Shown here one piece after another: positions 9,080 to 19,000 of a stretch of DNA of 64,000 bases. The position numbers were made by a program, and so were the translations under genes. The notes beneath the pieces were generated by a model. That model saw only the letters and a program-made list of their open reading frames with translations, did not search any database and had not been told where the DNA came from. Source of the DNA: a virus; the IMG/VR virus record IMGVR_UViG_3300030012_003086, positions 32,523 through 96,522 of that record; one strand, given 5' to 3'. Each line of letters begins with the position of its first letter. Within the stretch, counting starts at the first letter, position 1.

Positions 9080-10022
9080 ATATGTTCAGTTTGTTAATGC
9101 TCAAAATAATAAAACCAATGTTTATACAACTGTATATGACTTTGAACATTTTTCAGAAAAAGCGAAAATAGAATCTTCTGTTGTTTTAGACAGAGTGTTT
9201 TTGGATTTTGACGGCCATGATAATGATTTAGATAGAGCGTGGAGAGATGTTAAAATGGTAATGCAAAAAGTTCTTGAGAATAATTGGGAATATACTCTTT
9301 TCTTTTCGGGAAGGGGATTTCATCTTTTCTTATTCGGTGAAAGAACAGATAACATAAGAAACATACAAGTTTTCTTTAGAGAAATCAAAAAGACTCTTGA
9401 TGCTAACTTTTATCCTAATACTTTAGATGAAAGAGTAGGGCAAACAACAAGATTGCGAAGAGTGCCAAATACAGTAAACATGTCATCCTCTAATAATGAA
9501 GGTAATCCCTATTATTGTATTCCATTAACAAAAAATGAATTATCATTTACGCTAGACGGTATTCTTGATTTAGCCTCAAGGCCTAGACATATTCCTTTCA
9601 AAAAAGGTGGTTCGGTCAAGGTAGTATTTCCTAAAGCACCCCCTCTTGAAGCAATAGAGGGTGAGGTTTCCGTTCCCGATACAATAGGAAAACTTCCTAT
9701 ACTACCCTGTTTACATAATGCCATCATGGTTGAAAATCCCTCGCATATCGCTAGAGCATACCTAGTTTCTTGGTATCGAGATTTGCTTTCGGGATATAGA
9801 GATTTAACTTCACATTCGGACAAAAAGAAAGTTTTGGATTTAGTTGTTGAGGAATTAGAAAGGGTCTTTGCTAATTCCGATTCTGTTTGGTTAGATTGGG
9901 ATAAAGACACTACTCGTAAACATTCTAAGTTTACTGTTTTTAATAATTACAATACACCCCATTGTGACAAACTAATTGGTGAAGGTTTCTGTATAGGAAA
10001 ATGTTGGAGGTTCCCACAATGA
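8994..10022 (+). CDS. archaeo-eukaryotic primase (PriS catalytic domain fused to PriL-CTD-like Cys domain)
   Basis: FLDFDG, SGRGFH, RLRRVPNT; C-terminal LPCL...PHC...C.GKC; ATG at 8994 after GGAGG. Confidence 0.85.
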   Translation: MKYPREVWAGSHIKNAPQMKRKIAWSRNEYVQFVNAQNNKTNVYTTVYDFEHFSEKAKIESSVVLDRVFLDFDGHDNDLDRAWRDVKMVMQKVLENNWEYTLFFSGRGFHLFLFGERTDNIRNIQVFFREIKKTLDANFYPNTLDERVGQTTRLRRVPNTVNMSSSNNEGNPYYCIPLTKNELSFTLDGILDLASRPRHIPFKKGGSVKVVFPKAPPLEAIEGEVSVPDTIGKLPILPCLHNAIMVENPSHIARAYLVSWYRDLLSGYRDLTSHSDKKKVLDLVVEELERVFANSDSVWLDWDKDTTRKHSKFTVFNNYNTPHCDKLIGEGFCIGKCWRFPQ

Positions 10023-10336
10023 GACAAAAACTAAACATGGAATTACTTAGACAAGTAACAAAAAAAGAGTTAGGAAATATTTCTGAAAATGAAATTTGGT
10101 TAAGTGAATTAGTTGAACAAGTGGCTACCAGATACTCAAAACTCAATCACTATCCTCTTCATTCTATTACTTACAGAAAAGTAAAACAATCTGACCATGT
10201 TGTTCGTAACATAGCCAAGAATTTTGGTTGGGTTGCTAAAAGAAAAAGTAAAAAGCAGCACCTTCTTATTGAGGGAAAGTGGCATTATACTCAAAAATTC
10301 TTATGCCGATTGTATAGATTACAGGAGGAAGAATAA
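10019..10336 (+). CDS. hypothetical basic protein
   Basis: ATG at 10019 follows GGAGGT and overlaps the primase stop. Confidence 0.65.
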   Translation: MRQKLNMELLRQVTKKELGNISENEIWLSELVEQVATRYSKLNHYPLHSITYRKVKQSDHVVRNIAKNFGWVAKRKSKKQHLLIEGKWHYTQKFLCRLYRLQEEE

Positions 10337-11025
10337 TGTTAGTAATTGATTCAAGAGAAAACTCCAAACTATCTAAGTTAGTAATTCAAAAAGCGGAAGC
10401 GATAAGAATACCTTATGATAAAAAGTGGATTGAGATAGGAGACTATGTTTTTGATGATGTTTGTTTTGAAGCCAAATCAACAACGGATTTTTTAGGCTCA
10501 GTAATGTCAAAGAGACTTTGGACTCAATTAGATAACATGGATAGACATTACAATACAAATGTTGTAATTATCTATGGAGATATGCAGGAAGCCATTCTAA
10601 ATGTAATTCAGCATTCTCCTAGTAAAATGCCTATTTCAACTAGAACAATTATGTTAAACAACAAGTTTCTAGGTGCAATAGGAAGAATTGTATTAGATAC
10701 AGACATAAAACCCTTTTGGGTTCAAACAGAAGAAGAAGCAGCACTAATAATAACCGCAGTAAGTAAAATGAAACCAATAACAAGAGACACAATAGCACCA
10801 CAATTGTTTAAAAGAATTACAACAGATGATTTGAGAATAGATTTGTTAAGTAGCATAAAAGGCGTATCAATCAAAAAAGCAAAAGAATTAGTAAATAAAT
10901 TCGGCTCTATTATGGAAATAGGTGAGTGTTCAACATTTGAATTACAAGCCATTGAAGGTATTGGAGAAACCTTAGCCAAAAGAATAATCTCCACCTTAAA
11001 TTCAGAAGAGAAGGTGAAAATATGA
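10336..11025 (+). CDS. XPF/ERCC4 structure-specific nuclease with HhH domain
   Basis: VIDSRE, GDY, EAKS..DF, C-terminal IKGVS and IEGIGE HhH motifs. Confidence 0.9.
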   Translation: MLVIDSRENSKLSKLVIQKAEAIRIPYDKKWIEIGDYVFDDVCFEAKSTTDFLGSVMSKRLWTQLDNMDRHYNTNVVIIYGDMQEAILNVIQHSPSKMPISTRTIMLNNKFLGAIGRIVLDTDIKPFWVQTEEEAALIITAVSKMKPITRDTIAPQLFKRITTDDLRIDLLSSIKGVSIKKAKELVNKFGSIMEIGECSTFELQAIEGIGETLAKRIISTLNSEEKVKI

Positions 11026-12557
11026 ATAACAATACGATAGACGAAGAAAAGGCAAACATCCTGTATGAGGATGTAGATGAATGGGAAAATTACGAAGAAA
11101 CACTAAATATGAATGCAGCAGCATTTAGTGAAGCACTTCCGGCAGTAGTTAGAGAATTTCAAAAATCAGCAATAGAAGTATCACACTATAATGATATCCC
11201 TGCTGGTATTTCGTTTTTCAATATCTTAGGACAGGTTGTAAAAGATTTCGTTATTATTCCAAATGGAAGAAATCATGAAGATACAAGAATACATTTTTGT
11301 TGGGTTCAAACAAGTGGAACGGGTAAATCAACACTATGGAATTTTGTTGGACCGGTTGCTAATAAGACCTTTGAATTAATCAATAAAAGAGGCAAGCATC
11401 CTCCGTTTTTAACAACTGATGAAAACAATTTACTTATGCCCATGCCAAGAATATTTGATACATTTGGTGTAACTGATTATACAGATGCGGTTCTTATCGG
11501 TGGGTATGAAAGTGTTCAACAGAAAGATGAAGTCGGTAATCTTCTTCCACAGTGGGAACAAGAAAGAAGACCCGGCATCTTAGAAGGTAATGGATTAGCC
11601 CATTGGGATGAATTTGAATACTCCGGTATATTTTCAACTAGCGCACATAAAGAAAATGCAATTGTATATCTAAACACATTGATGAATTCTTTAGCAGGTG
11701 AATCTTGGATTATATCTAAGGCTCTTAGAGAATACAGTGGTAAAGTAATGGAGTGCTACTGTGAACGTTCAGTATTGGCTATGACTTACCCTCCAAGTAA
11801 CTTGAATGATGTTATGGCTCAAAAAGGTGTATTACAAAGAATGCTATTGTATGTTTGGGAAGTCCCTGAATTTATTCAGCATCAAATGAGACTTAAACAA
11901 ATAGAAAAGGCAGGAACAATTGAGGAGGTAAATCAACCAATTGATAGGTTCGCCGAGGCTCTATTCTCTCTTTATGAATTAACAAGAGAAAGATTCAATG
12001 AAGTAGGCGGCGACCCTCTTAAAACCATTAGTTATACTAAGGACTTCAATCAAGTATTAGCACTAGAATACAACAGTATGAGAAACTATCTCATGAATAC
12101 TAGAAAAGACGTGGCTAAGATTGCAGGTAACTTTACTACTAGACTAATGAAGATATTATACAAGATGTCGGTTCTTTGTTCAATTGCTTCTGCTCCTTCA
12201 ATTAAGGATAAGGATAAGCGATTTATTGTTACGGGTTTAAACGTTAGACAAGCGGCTACCATCGTGCGACACAGTTATATGACACTTGTGGATTGGTTAG
12301 AACGAAGCCTAAGAGTTAAGAGAAGGGGCCAAGCGATTGATGCACAAGAAGATGTATTTACTCAAGTGTTTGATAAAATGGCGGCGACTTCCAAAGATGG
12401 TTTAGTAAACAAAGCGGCTTATCTCAAAGAAGTGATGAAGAAACTTAAAAAATCACAAGCACAGGTGTATAGACAATATAATCACATCAAACACAATTTT
12501 GAAGAAGAGAAGCATGGTCGCAGTAATTACATACGAAAAAAAGAGGTTGAGGAATAA
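11022..12557 (+). CDS. MCM-like AAA+ replicative helicase
   Basis: RIHFCWVQTSGTGKS Walker A, PGILEGNGLAHWDEFE Walker B, C-terminal wHTH-like region. Confidence 0.7.
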   Translation: MNNNTIDEEKANILYEDVDEWENYEETLNMNAAAFSEALPAVVREFQKSAIEVSHYNDIPAGISFFNILGQVVKDFVIIPNGRNHEDTRIHFCWVQTSGTGKSTLWNFVGPVANKTFELINKRGKHPPFLTTDENNLLMPMPRIFDTFGVTDYTDAVLIGGYESVQQKDEVGNLLPQWEQERRPGILEGNGLAHWDEFEYSGIFSTSAHKENAIVYLNTLMNSLAGESWIISKALREYSGKVMECYCERSVLAMTYPPSNLNDVMAQKGVLQRMLLYVWEVPEFIQHQMRLKQIEKAGTIEEVNQPIDRFAEALFSLYELTRERFNEVGGDPLKTISYTKDFNQVLALEYNSMRNYLMNTRKDVAKIAGNFTTRLMKILYKMSVLCSIASAPSIKDKDKRFIVTGLNVRQAATIVRHSYMTLVDWLERSLRVKRRGQAIDAQEDVFTQVFDKMAATSKDGLVNKAAYLKEVMKKLKKSQAQVYRQYNHIKHNFEEEKHGRSNYIRKKEVEE

Positions 12558-12778
12558 TGAAGTGGGAAAACACATATTTAGTCTTTGAAGTAGCAAAAGG
12601 ACCGAAGGTAATCATTGAAACTTTGAATACCTATGGTGATGATGGTTGGGAATGTTGTTCTCAATTGATTGTCGCAGGTTCTCAAATAGTCTGTTTCTTG
12701 AAAAGAAGACTTGATGCACCGGAACCGGTAAACAAGGAAGAAGAAAAGATTAGCAAACTTTGGTCTAATAAGGAATGA
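12557..12778 (+). CDS. DUF4177-like small protein
   Basis: MKWE...LNTYGDDGWE...FLKR pattern. Confidence 0.65.
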   Translation: MKWENTYLVFEVAKGPKVIIETLNTYGDDGWECCSQLIVAGSQIVCFLKRRLDAPEPVNKEEEKISKLWSNKE

Positions 12779-12782
12779 TAGC

Positions 12783-13376
12783 ATGTCTGTATTAGCATTA
12801 GATATTGAAACAAAAAATATGTCGCATGAAATAGGCGGCTTTGGTAATACCCATATGTTTCAGGTATCAACAGTCGCTACATGGGATGGCAATAACGGAA
12901 CGGTTTATGTTGATGAGCCTGTTGATAACTTTGCTAAATCGGGCCATGTTATCAAAAGCCTTAGAGAATTAAAGTATGATTTAGACGACCATTTACAAAA
13001 AGGCGGAGTTTTGCTAGGACATAATATAGCAGCATTTGATTTACCTATTCTTAGGGATTCTTTAGATATTTATTGTATTAGAAAATACTTATCTGAAAAG
13101 AAATATATTGATACTAGCAAAATACTATTGAAGGAACATGGAGAAAGATTCCAACTTAAGAATTTAGTAAAATGCACTATGAATGATTTTAAGTTAATGG
13201 ATAGTGCTGATGCTCCTAAATTGTGGAAAATGGGTAAATTTGATGAAGTGGTGGATTATTGTATGAAAGATACACAGTTAGTATATGATTTGTGGAAATA
13301 TGGTAAAGATAATGGAATAGTAAAGGCTTTTTCGTTAGAACAATCAGAACATAAAGACTTGGAGGTGAATTGGTAA
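12783..13376 (+). CDS. DEDD / RNase H-like 3'-5' exonuclease
   Basis: LDIET, GHNIAAFDLP, YCMKDT. Confidence 0.85.
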   Translation: MSVLALDIETKNMSHEIGGFGNTHMFQVSTVATWDGNNGTVYVDEPVDNFAKSGHVIKSLRELKYDLDDHLQKGGVLLGHNIAAFDLPILRDSLDIYCIRKYLSEKKYIDTSKILLKEHGERFQLKNLVKCTMNDFKLMDSADAPKLWKMGKFDEVVDYCMKDTQLVYDLWKYGKDNGIVKAFSLEQSEHKDLEVNW

Positions 13377-13528
13377 TGACCGGTTGGGAATGGTTTGGCC
13401 TAATTGTTTTCGTTATTATTCTTCTTTTGTTGTTCTTTGCTGCTTTTGGTGGTAGTAATATCACTGATGAAAGCGTTGAAGATTACATGAGAAGACTAAT
13501 GCGAAATGATAAAGGCGGTCAAAGATGA
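13376..13528 (+). CDS. small single-pass membrane protein (50 aa)
   Basis: MTGWEWFGLIVFVIILLLLFFAAFGGS...; GGAGGTGA RBS; TAATG coupling. Confidence 0.7.
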   Translation: MTGWEWFGLIVFVIILLLLFFAAFGGSNITDESVEDYMRRLMRNDKGGQR

Positions 13529-13683
13529 CTTTAAAACAAAAATGTATTTTTTGTGGAGAATCAACTATCGCTAAAAGAATTTCCGGGTTTTATTTAGGTT
13601 CTAATGAACAAATAAAACTATGGGAATGTAGGAGTTGTAAAGGCATTTGGTCTAACAAAACAAAACTTGGAGGGGAGGCTTAA
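13525..13683 (+). CDS. small Zn-ribbon protein (52 aa)
   Basis: CIFC...WECRSC; ATGA overlap. Confidence 0.65.
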   Translation: MTLKQKCIFCGESTIAKRISGFYLGSNEQIKLWECRSCKGIWSNKTKLGGEA

Positions 13684-13705
13684 CGGCTTCCCCTCCATTT
13701 TTTTT
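13656..13705. terminator. intrinsic hairpin terminator between the convergent arms, probably bidirectional
   Basis: TGGAGGGGAGGC-TTAACG-GCTTCCCCTCCA (12 bp stem with one G-U) followed by T8; A-rich run on the other side. Confidence 0.8.
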
Positions 13706-13763
13706 GGCCTTTTGAATTCTAATAATCAGTTTTTTTAAAGCCCGCATTATCAGTATAATAGCC

Positions 13764-15662
13764 TCAAATTCCTATTACATACCAACCTGTTTGTATTGGT
13801 GCGCCACCTGAATCTGTTATTGCGTGAAGTGTTATTGATTGTCCTACGGCTAAAGTAATTACATTTGGACTTGTAACATAAGGATGGTCGGTTTGTCCAA
13901 AATCAATTGTATCACCTACTAAAGGTGCAGGTAGAATAGTAAGTGCATTTTGAGAAACCACACTACCTGAATTTACATTTTTTATTGTTAATCTTGTTGT
14001 AGCAGCAGTATTAGCGCGTGGTAATTCAAGTGCATGAGGAGTGGGTCCGGCGTTTATTACGCTACTTGCTAATTCATTAACATATACCATAGATTTGAAA
14101 CCAGAAATGAAAGTCTGTCCACTATCATCTAATACTTCAGCATCAAGCATTTCTAGACCTAATGCTTTTTGAAAAACATTGCTTATTACTTCAGGAGCCG
14201 TTACAGAAGTGGTTGCCGCTATTGTATCGCCATCAATGGATGTTGTGGCGGCAATAGAACCTGTTACATCTAAAGTAGCAGAAGGGTTAGTTTTACCAAT
14301 ACCAACATTACCTGTATCAGTTATTCTCATTCTTTCTGCCAAAGTTCCAGCATTAGCCGTTGATAATACTAAACTTCCATCATCAACTCCCGTTGCTTCA
14401 TTAATGGCAGCGATTCTCGCACCGACATATGAAGAGGGGCCATGACTGTCATAGTTTTTTAAATCAATTTGTGCGTAATTAGTTCCCGTTGCATTTCTCG
14501 CACCCTCAATACTTAATATTCTAGTTTGGCTTAAATCAGCAGTTCTTGATATTGTGACATCTCCTTTAACATGTAAGGCAGTATCGGGAGAAGTAGTTCC
14601 AATACCGACTTTACCATCCATTGTCATTTTGTGGTCTGTTCCATCTTTGTCAGAATAAACATGTAAAACAGAAGTAGTAGTTCCTACTCTATTTATTCTA
14701 AAATTACCATCAACTGCTGATTGGGAATCTCTAAAGATTCTAAGTATTTGGTCAGTTCCGGTTGCGGTGGAAACAGGACTTATATCAAATGTAATGGGTT
14801 CAGATGCAGTATTATTGATTGCTTTCAATCTTGTTTGTGAATCCACCACCGAAGTTAATTCAGTATGTCCCGTTTGCCCTGTTTCTTGCACTCTTATTGT
14901 AGGATTAGAAGCCGATTCAACATGCAGTTCACTTGAAGGGCTACTTGTTCCTATTCCTACTCTATTGTTTGAAGCATCAACATGAAGCGTATTAGTATCA
15001 ACTGTTAAGTCTTTACCTGCTGCAATAGTTACATCTCCTGTTAAATCCAATGTTGGTTCTCCTTCAACTGCCGCTATTGCATCAGCAGAAGTTATTCCTG
15101 TTCCTGCCGTTTCAGAACTTGTTAAATACTGAATATGTCTTGTTGCTTTTGCTTCTCCCCTTTGCATTCTTAATACTGCAATAGGGATATCTCCGCTATT
15201 TAAATCGGCTACTTTATCCACACCGGCAGACTGTCTAATTTTAACTACATTTGATGAATCGACTACAATAAGATGATAGCGATTAGCACCGGCAGAATCA
15301 GCAGTTACTTCTTGAAATTGAATAGAAGTATCAGTCATACTACCACTATCAATTATTTCTGTAATTGTTGCTTCAGTAGTTGCATTTTGTAATACTCCGC
15401 CTCTAATTACCTTACCTGTCCTAACTGTAATTACAGTTAGACCCGATGAATCATTCATTTGCATATTGAAGTTTTTAGAACCTGTTCCTGCGCTAGCAGT
15501 TAAACCTGCATAACCTGTTGTAGCCATAGCGTTTAATGCTTTAATTAGACCGGAATGTGGAAAATCAGTTCCGTCAACCGGTTGCCCTGCTGAACCATTA
15601 TGTGTGCTATTATCTCCCATTTTTGTTATATATCCGCTATTTATGTATTCATTATCTGCCAT
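13764..15662 (-). CDS. tail fibre / receptor-binding protein
   Basis: Three VGIG(T/K)..P...L.V repeats, Gly/Thr/Ser-rich, last gene of the tail operon. Confidence 0.75.
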   Translation of the reverse strand: MADNEYINSGYITKMGDNSTHNGSAGQPVDGTDFPHSGLIKALNAMATTGYAGLTASAGTGSKNFNMQMNDSSGLTVITVRTGKVIRGGVLQNATTEATITEIIDSGSMTDTSIQFQEVTADSAGANRYHLIVVDSSNVVKIRQSAGVDKVADLNSGDIPIAVLRMQRGEAKATRHIQYLTSSETAGTGITSADAIAAVEGEPTLDLTGDVTIAAGKDLTVDTNTLHVDASNNRVGIGTSSPSSELHVESASNPTIRVQETGQTGHTELTSVVDSQTRLKAINNTASEPITFDISPVSTATGTDQILRIFRDSQSAVDGNFRINRVGTTTSVLHVYSDKDGTDHKMTMDGKVGIGTTSPDTALHVKGDVTISRTADLSQTRILSIEGARNATGTNYAQIDLKNYDSHGPSSYVGARIAAINEATGVDDGSLVLSTANAGTLAERMRITDTGNVGIGKTNPSATLDVTGSIAATTSIDGDTIAATTSVTAPEVISNVFQKALGLEMLDAEVLDDSGQTFISGFKSMVYVNELASSVINAGPTPHALELPRANTAATTRLTIKNVNSGSVVSQNALTILPAPLVGDTIDFGQTDHPYVTSPNVITLAVGQSITLHAITDSGGAPIQTGWYVIGI

Positions 15663-15663
15663 A

Positions 15664-16032
15664 TTAATCAACCTCAACTGCTATAAAAAATTCTATTTCT
15701 TCACTTGCACTAAACGGACCTATTCCTTCAAACGGTATTCTTAACAAAAGATTATTGTTTGATGTTTCATCAGTTATGCAAATTTCTCTTAGAGTCCTTT
15801 GTGTAATATTAGAATCACTTCCTTGAATAGTTATTTTGAAATCAACTACGTTCTCTCCCGATTTTACCGATGAAATAGATACGCCATGTGCAGCACCGGA
15901 GCCTCCCAGTAAAGGAACATCTAAAGTAGTTTGAGAAGGACTTGAACCATCTCCGCCGGTTCCTACATTTCCTCTAGTAAAAGTGTTAACTAAATGTTGT
16001 GCTAAAATAGACTTTGCTGCATCCGTAATCAT
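15664..16032 (-). CDS. baseplate / fibre-attachment small protein
   Basis: VGTGGD.....T.L, LREI pattern; position. Confidence 0.55.
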   Translation of the reverse strand: MITDAAKSILAQHLVNTFTRGNVGTGGDGSSPSQTTLDVPLLGGSGAAHGVSISSVKSGENVVDFKITIQGSDSNITQRTLREICITDETSNNNLLLRIPFEGIGPFSASEEIEFFIAVEVD

Positions 16033-19000
16033 AATTGTTCCTCCAATAAATCAGAATAGACAATAGTAGTGCCTGCCGTGAATCCTATTGTAGCGGCAGC
16101 AGTATTTAACGGTGTGGAGAAACCTAATGTAAACGCAGTGCCACTTGTGGTTCTTGTTCTCGCTTTGATTCTAATTGGTTTTATTTTGATTTCTTCAAAG
16201 AAGTCAGATGATTTACTTGGTTCCTTGAATGTTTTAGTTCTTCTTAATCCTTTAATGTTTTTATTTTCTAGAAGTAATTCACCAAATCTATCTTCTAAAC
16301 CTTTATTATTTTCTCCTAATTTTAGTTTAGTTAATCCTGTTATAGTGTATTCTTTTTCGACTATAACAAATTCTGCTCTTATTGTATTTTGTCTCGCTAA
16401 TAAAAATTGACCTTCTACTTCTATTACATCACCGGGCTTCAAAACAAATAGTCCTCTTCCACTGACTTCAATTTCAATTGTTTCTCCCATTTTACTATGC
16501 ACTTTTAGTAAATTACTTGCTCTTATGTCGGCTTCTTCTTGAGTATATATGTTTTCATCTGTAATTTCTAAAGTCTTTTTGCCATTTTCTTTTATTTTTC
16601 TAATATCTTTACGAACAGATTTTATGTTTCTTCCATACACAATAACTTCATTAAAACTATCAAATAACTTTTTTCCTTTCTTTATGCTTCTAATGTTATA
16701 CTTTGAGTCTCTATCAGAAATTTTTACTTTAGGTCTATTTAGTGCTGAGTTATTATCTCTAAGAATAAATTTTTTATCGTGTGATATTTTTCTATCTTTT
16801 CGGCTAAGTAATGAATTTGCAGCAGCCAATAAACTAACTCCTCTAAACTCAGGAGAAACAAACACAGGATATTCTGTTAAATTTTGCTTGGTAAATTCTA
16901 ATCCTTCATCTTCAAATATATCATTGAGTAACTCATCGGTTTCAAAACAAACATTTACTCCACAACCTATTGTTGCGATATCATAATCACCTTTAATATT
17001 TTCAAGTATTTTTAATGAAAATATTTCTCCTATTGAAACTGCTCCAACCATTTCTGCCATTTTACTAAAAGTTAATTGATGAGTATTGAAACTAGAATTA
17101 GAAACTACGCTAATATCGGTTTTTAATTTATTTTCACCATCTGTCATTCCCGCAGTAAAACTATCTTCATCATTTAGTAATCCGGCAATATCAGTTTGAT
17201 TTCTATATACTAAGTGTGAACCACTGCCTTTATTGCTTGGGTCAGCAATAATATACATTGATGATATTCCTTCGCCGTGACCTGTATTTTCATAAGTTTT
17301 ACTACCATTTCCTCTATTTTCAATTACTGTTTTCGGTCCTTTCGTATTTCTGTATTTATAGGATTTAATTTCAGAATAACATTCATCATCATACGGTTTC
17401 TTTGTAAATGTTGGAGATAAACAGTAGGTCTTAATAATTTTAGGACTAAAATCATAAAAAGTATTTTCTGCAACTCTCATAACTTTATACGCTACATCAA
17501 CAGATGAAGCGTTATCTATTACTATCTCATGTCTAGTATTAGTAGCAGTCCTTGTAATTGTATGTGAAATAACATAATGTATTCTTTGAGGAATAGATTC
17601 ACCTGTTCCTCTTAATGATTTTTCACCTGCTGCCGAATCGCTACTTTCAAATGCATCTTCATTACTAGAATTTTGTCCAAAGGTTTTTCCGCTAAAACTA
17701 ACTAAATAACAACCTGTTAGATTAGGTGCATAATTGAGCCACAAATTTTTAACTTCAGTCCCTGTTCCTTCTTCATCAACTGTAAATGAAAATTTCTTAC
17801 AGTCAGTGCTATCCCCCACTGCTTTTACTGTATGAGAACCTGTGTATAGATTGCCGCCGCTTTGTGTTGTAAATGACAGATATGGCTTAAATAAAACATA
17901 TCCTCCATCTGCTTGAAAGGGCGTTTCCCCATCTTTGGAAACTTTACCGCTTCCTGTATAATGAGCAAATCCTTGTTGAGATTTTCTTCTAAGCATTAAT
18001 TTATGAGGATGTGTAACACTTACATTACTTTCAGCATGGAAGTTATTTAGTAAAGGAGCATGTTCCATAATCATTGATGAAGTCATGCCTGCACTAACAG
18101 ATGCTTGTCCTCCATCTTCAATATCATATCTATCTAAGAATACAGGGAGTGTCTGTTGATATGTATTTCTATTTTGTAGTCTAGATATTGATTTAAGAAC
18201 CTCTGACTTGTGAGTATTTCCATCTGTGCGAACTAAAGATTCATCTCCGACTTCAGCATATTGAACATTTCTCATAGGATTGATGGCTTTCGCACTTGCG
18301 GTTGCGGTTTGTAATTTATCAAATAAAAATAATCTTTCCATAACAACAGTGCTACTGCTATACGTCTGACTCGTTGTTCTTCCTAAATAATGACCTGCTT
18401 CGGTAAATAGATGATACTGCTTATTTGCCGTTAAAACAGGAGTTCCTGTTAAAACTAAATTTACATTATTGCCATTGTTTACTGCCTGTCCGATATTAAT
18501 TCTTAATTGCGTTCCTGAACTATCCACTAAATTAGCCCTTGTTGGCAACGATGTAGGAACAGTAAATACAGGCGGCAAAGCAATATCAAATAATTCGGCT
18601 TCTGCCGACGCTATGTTATCAGTAAGACTAAAAGTATGGGGTGGATTGGCTGACGTGCTTGCTATGTTATTTGGCAAAAAGTCTTCATGATATTCATCGT
18701 CATTATCTTCAGCATATCCATCCATACCATCTCTTCTTCCAAATAATTCGTTTTGGAATACTGCTCCTTTTATCATGTGTATAGGCTGATTAAACATATC
18801 AACAAATGTGTCTTTACTACCATGTCCTTGAATAAACAAACCCGGAGCATCCTTATCAATAGCATATATTACAGTTAAACTTCCTTTTGTGTTATTATCA
18901 TTAGCATACGGACCTGCTCCGCCCGATGAAGAATCAAAGTCAATTGTAGCACCATATGTTTGAGCGAAAGATTGTCCAATCCAATTTCCATTGTCAGTAT

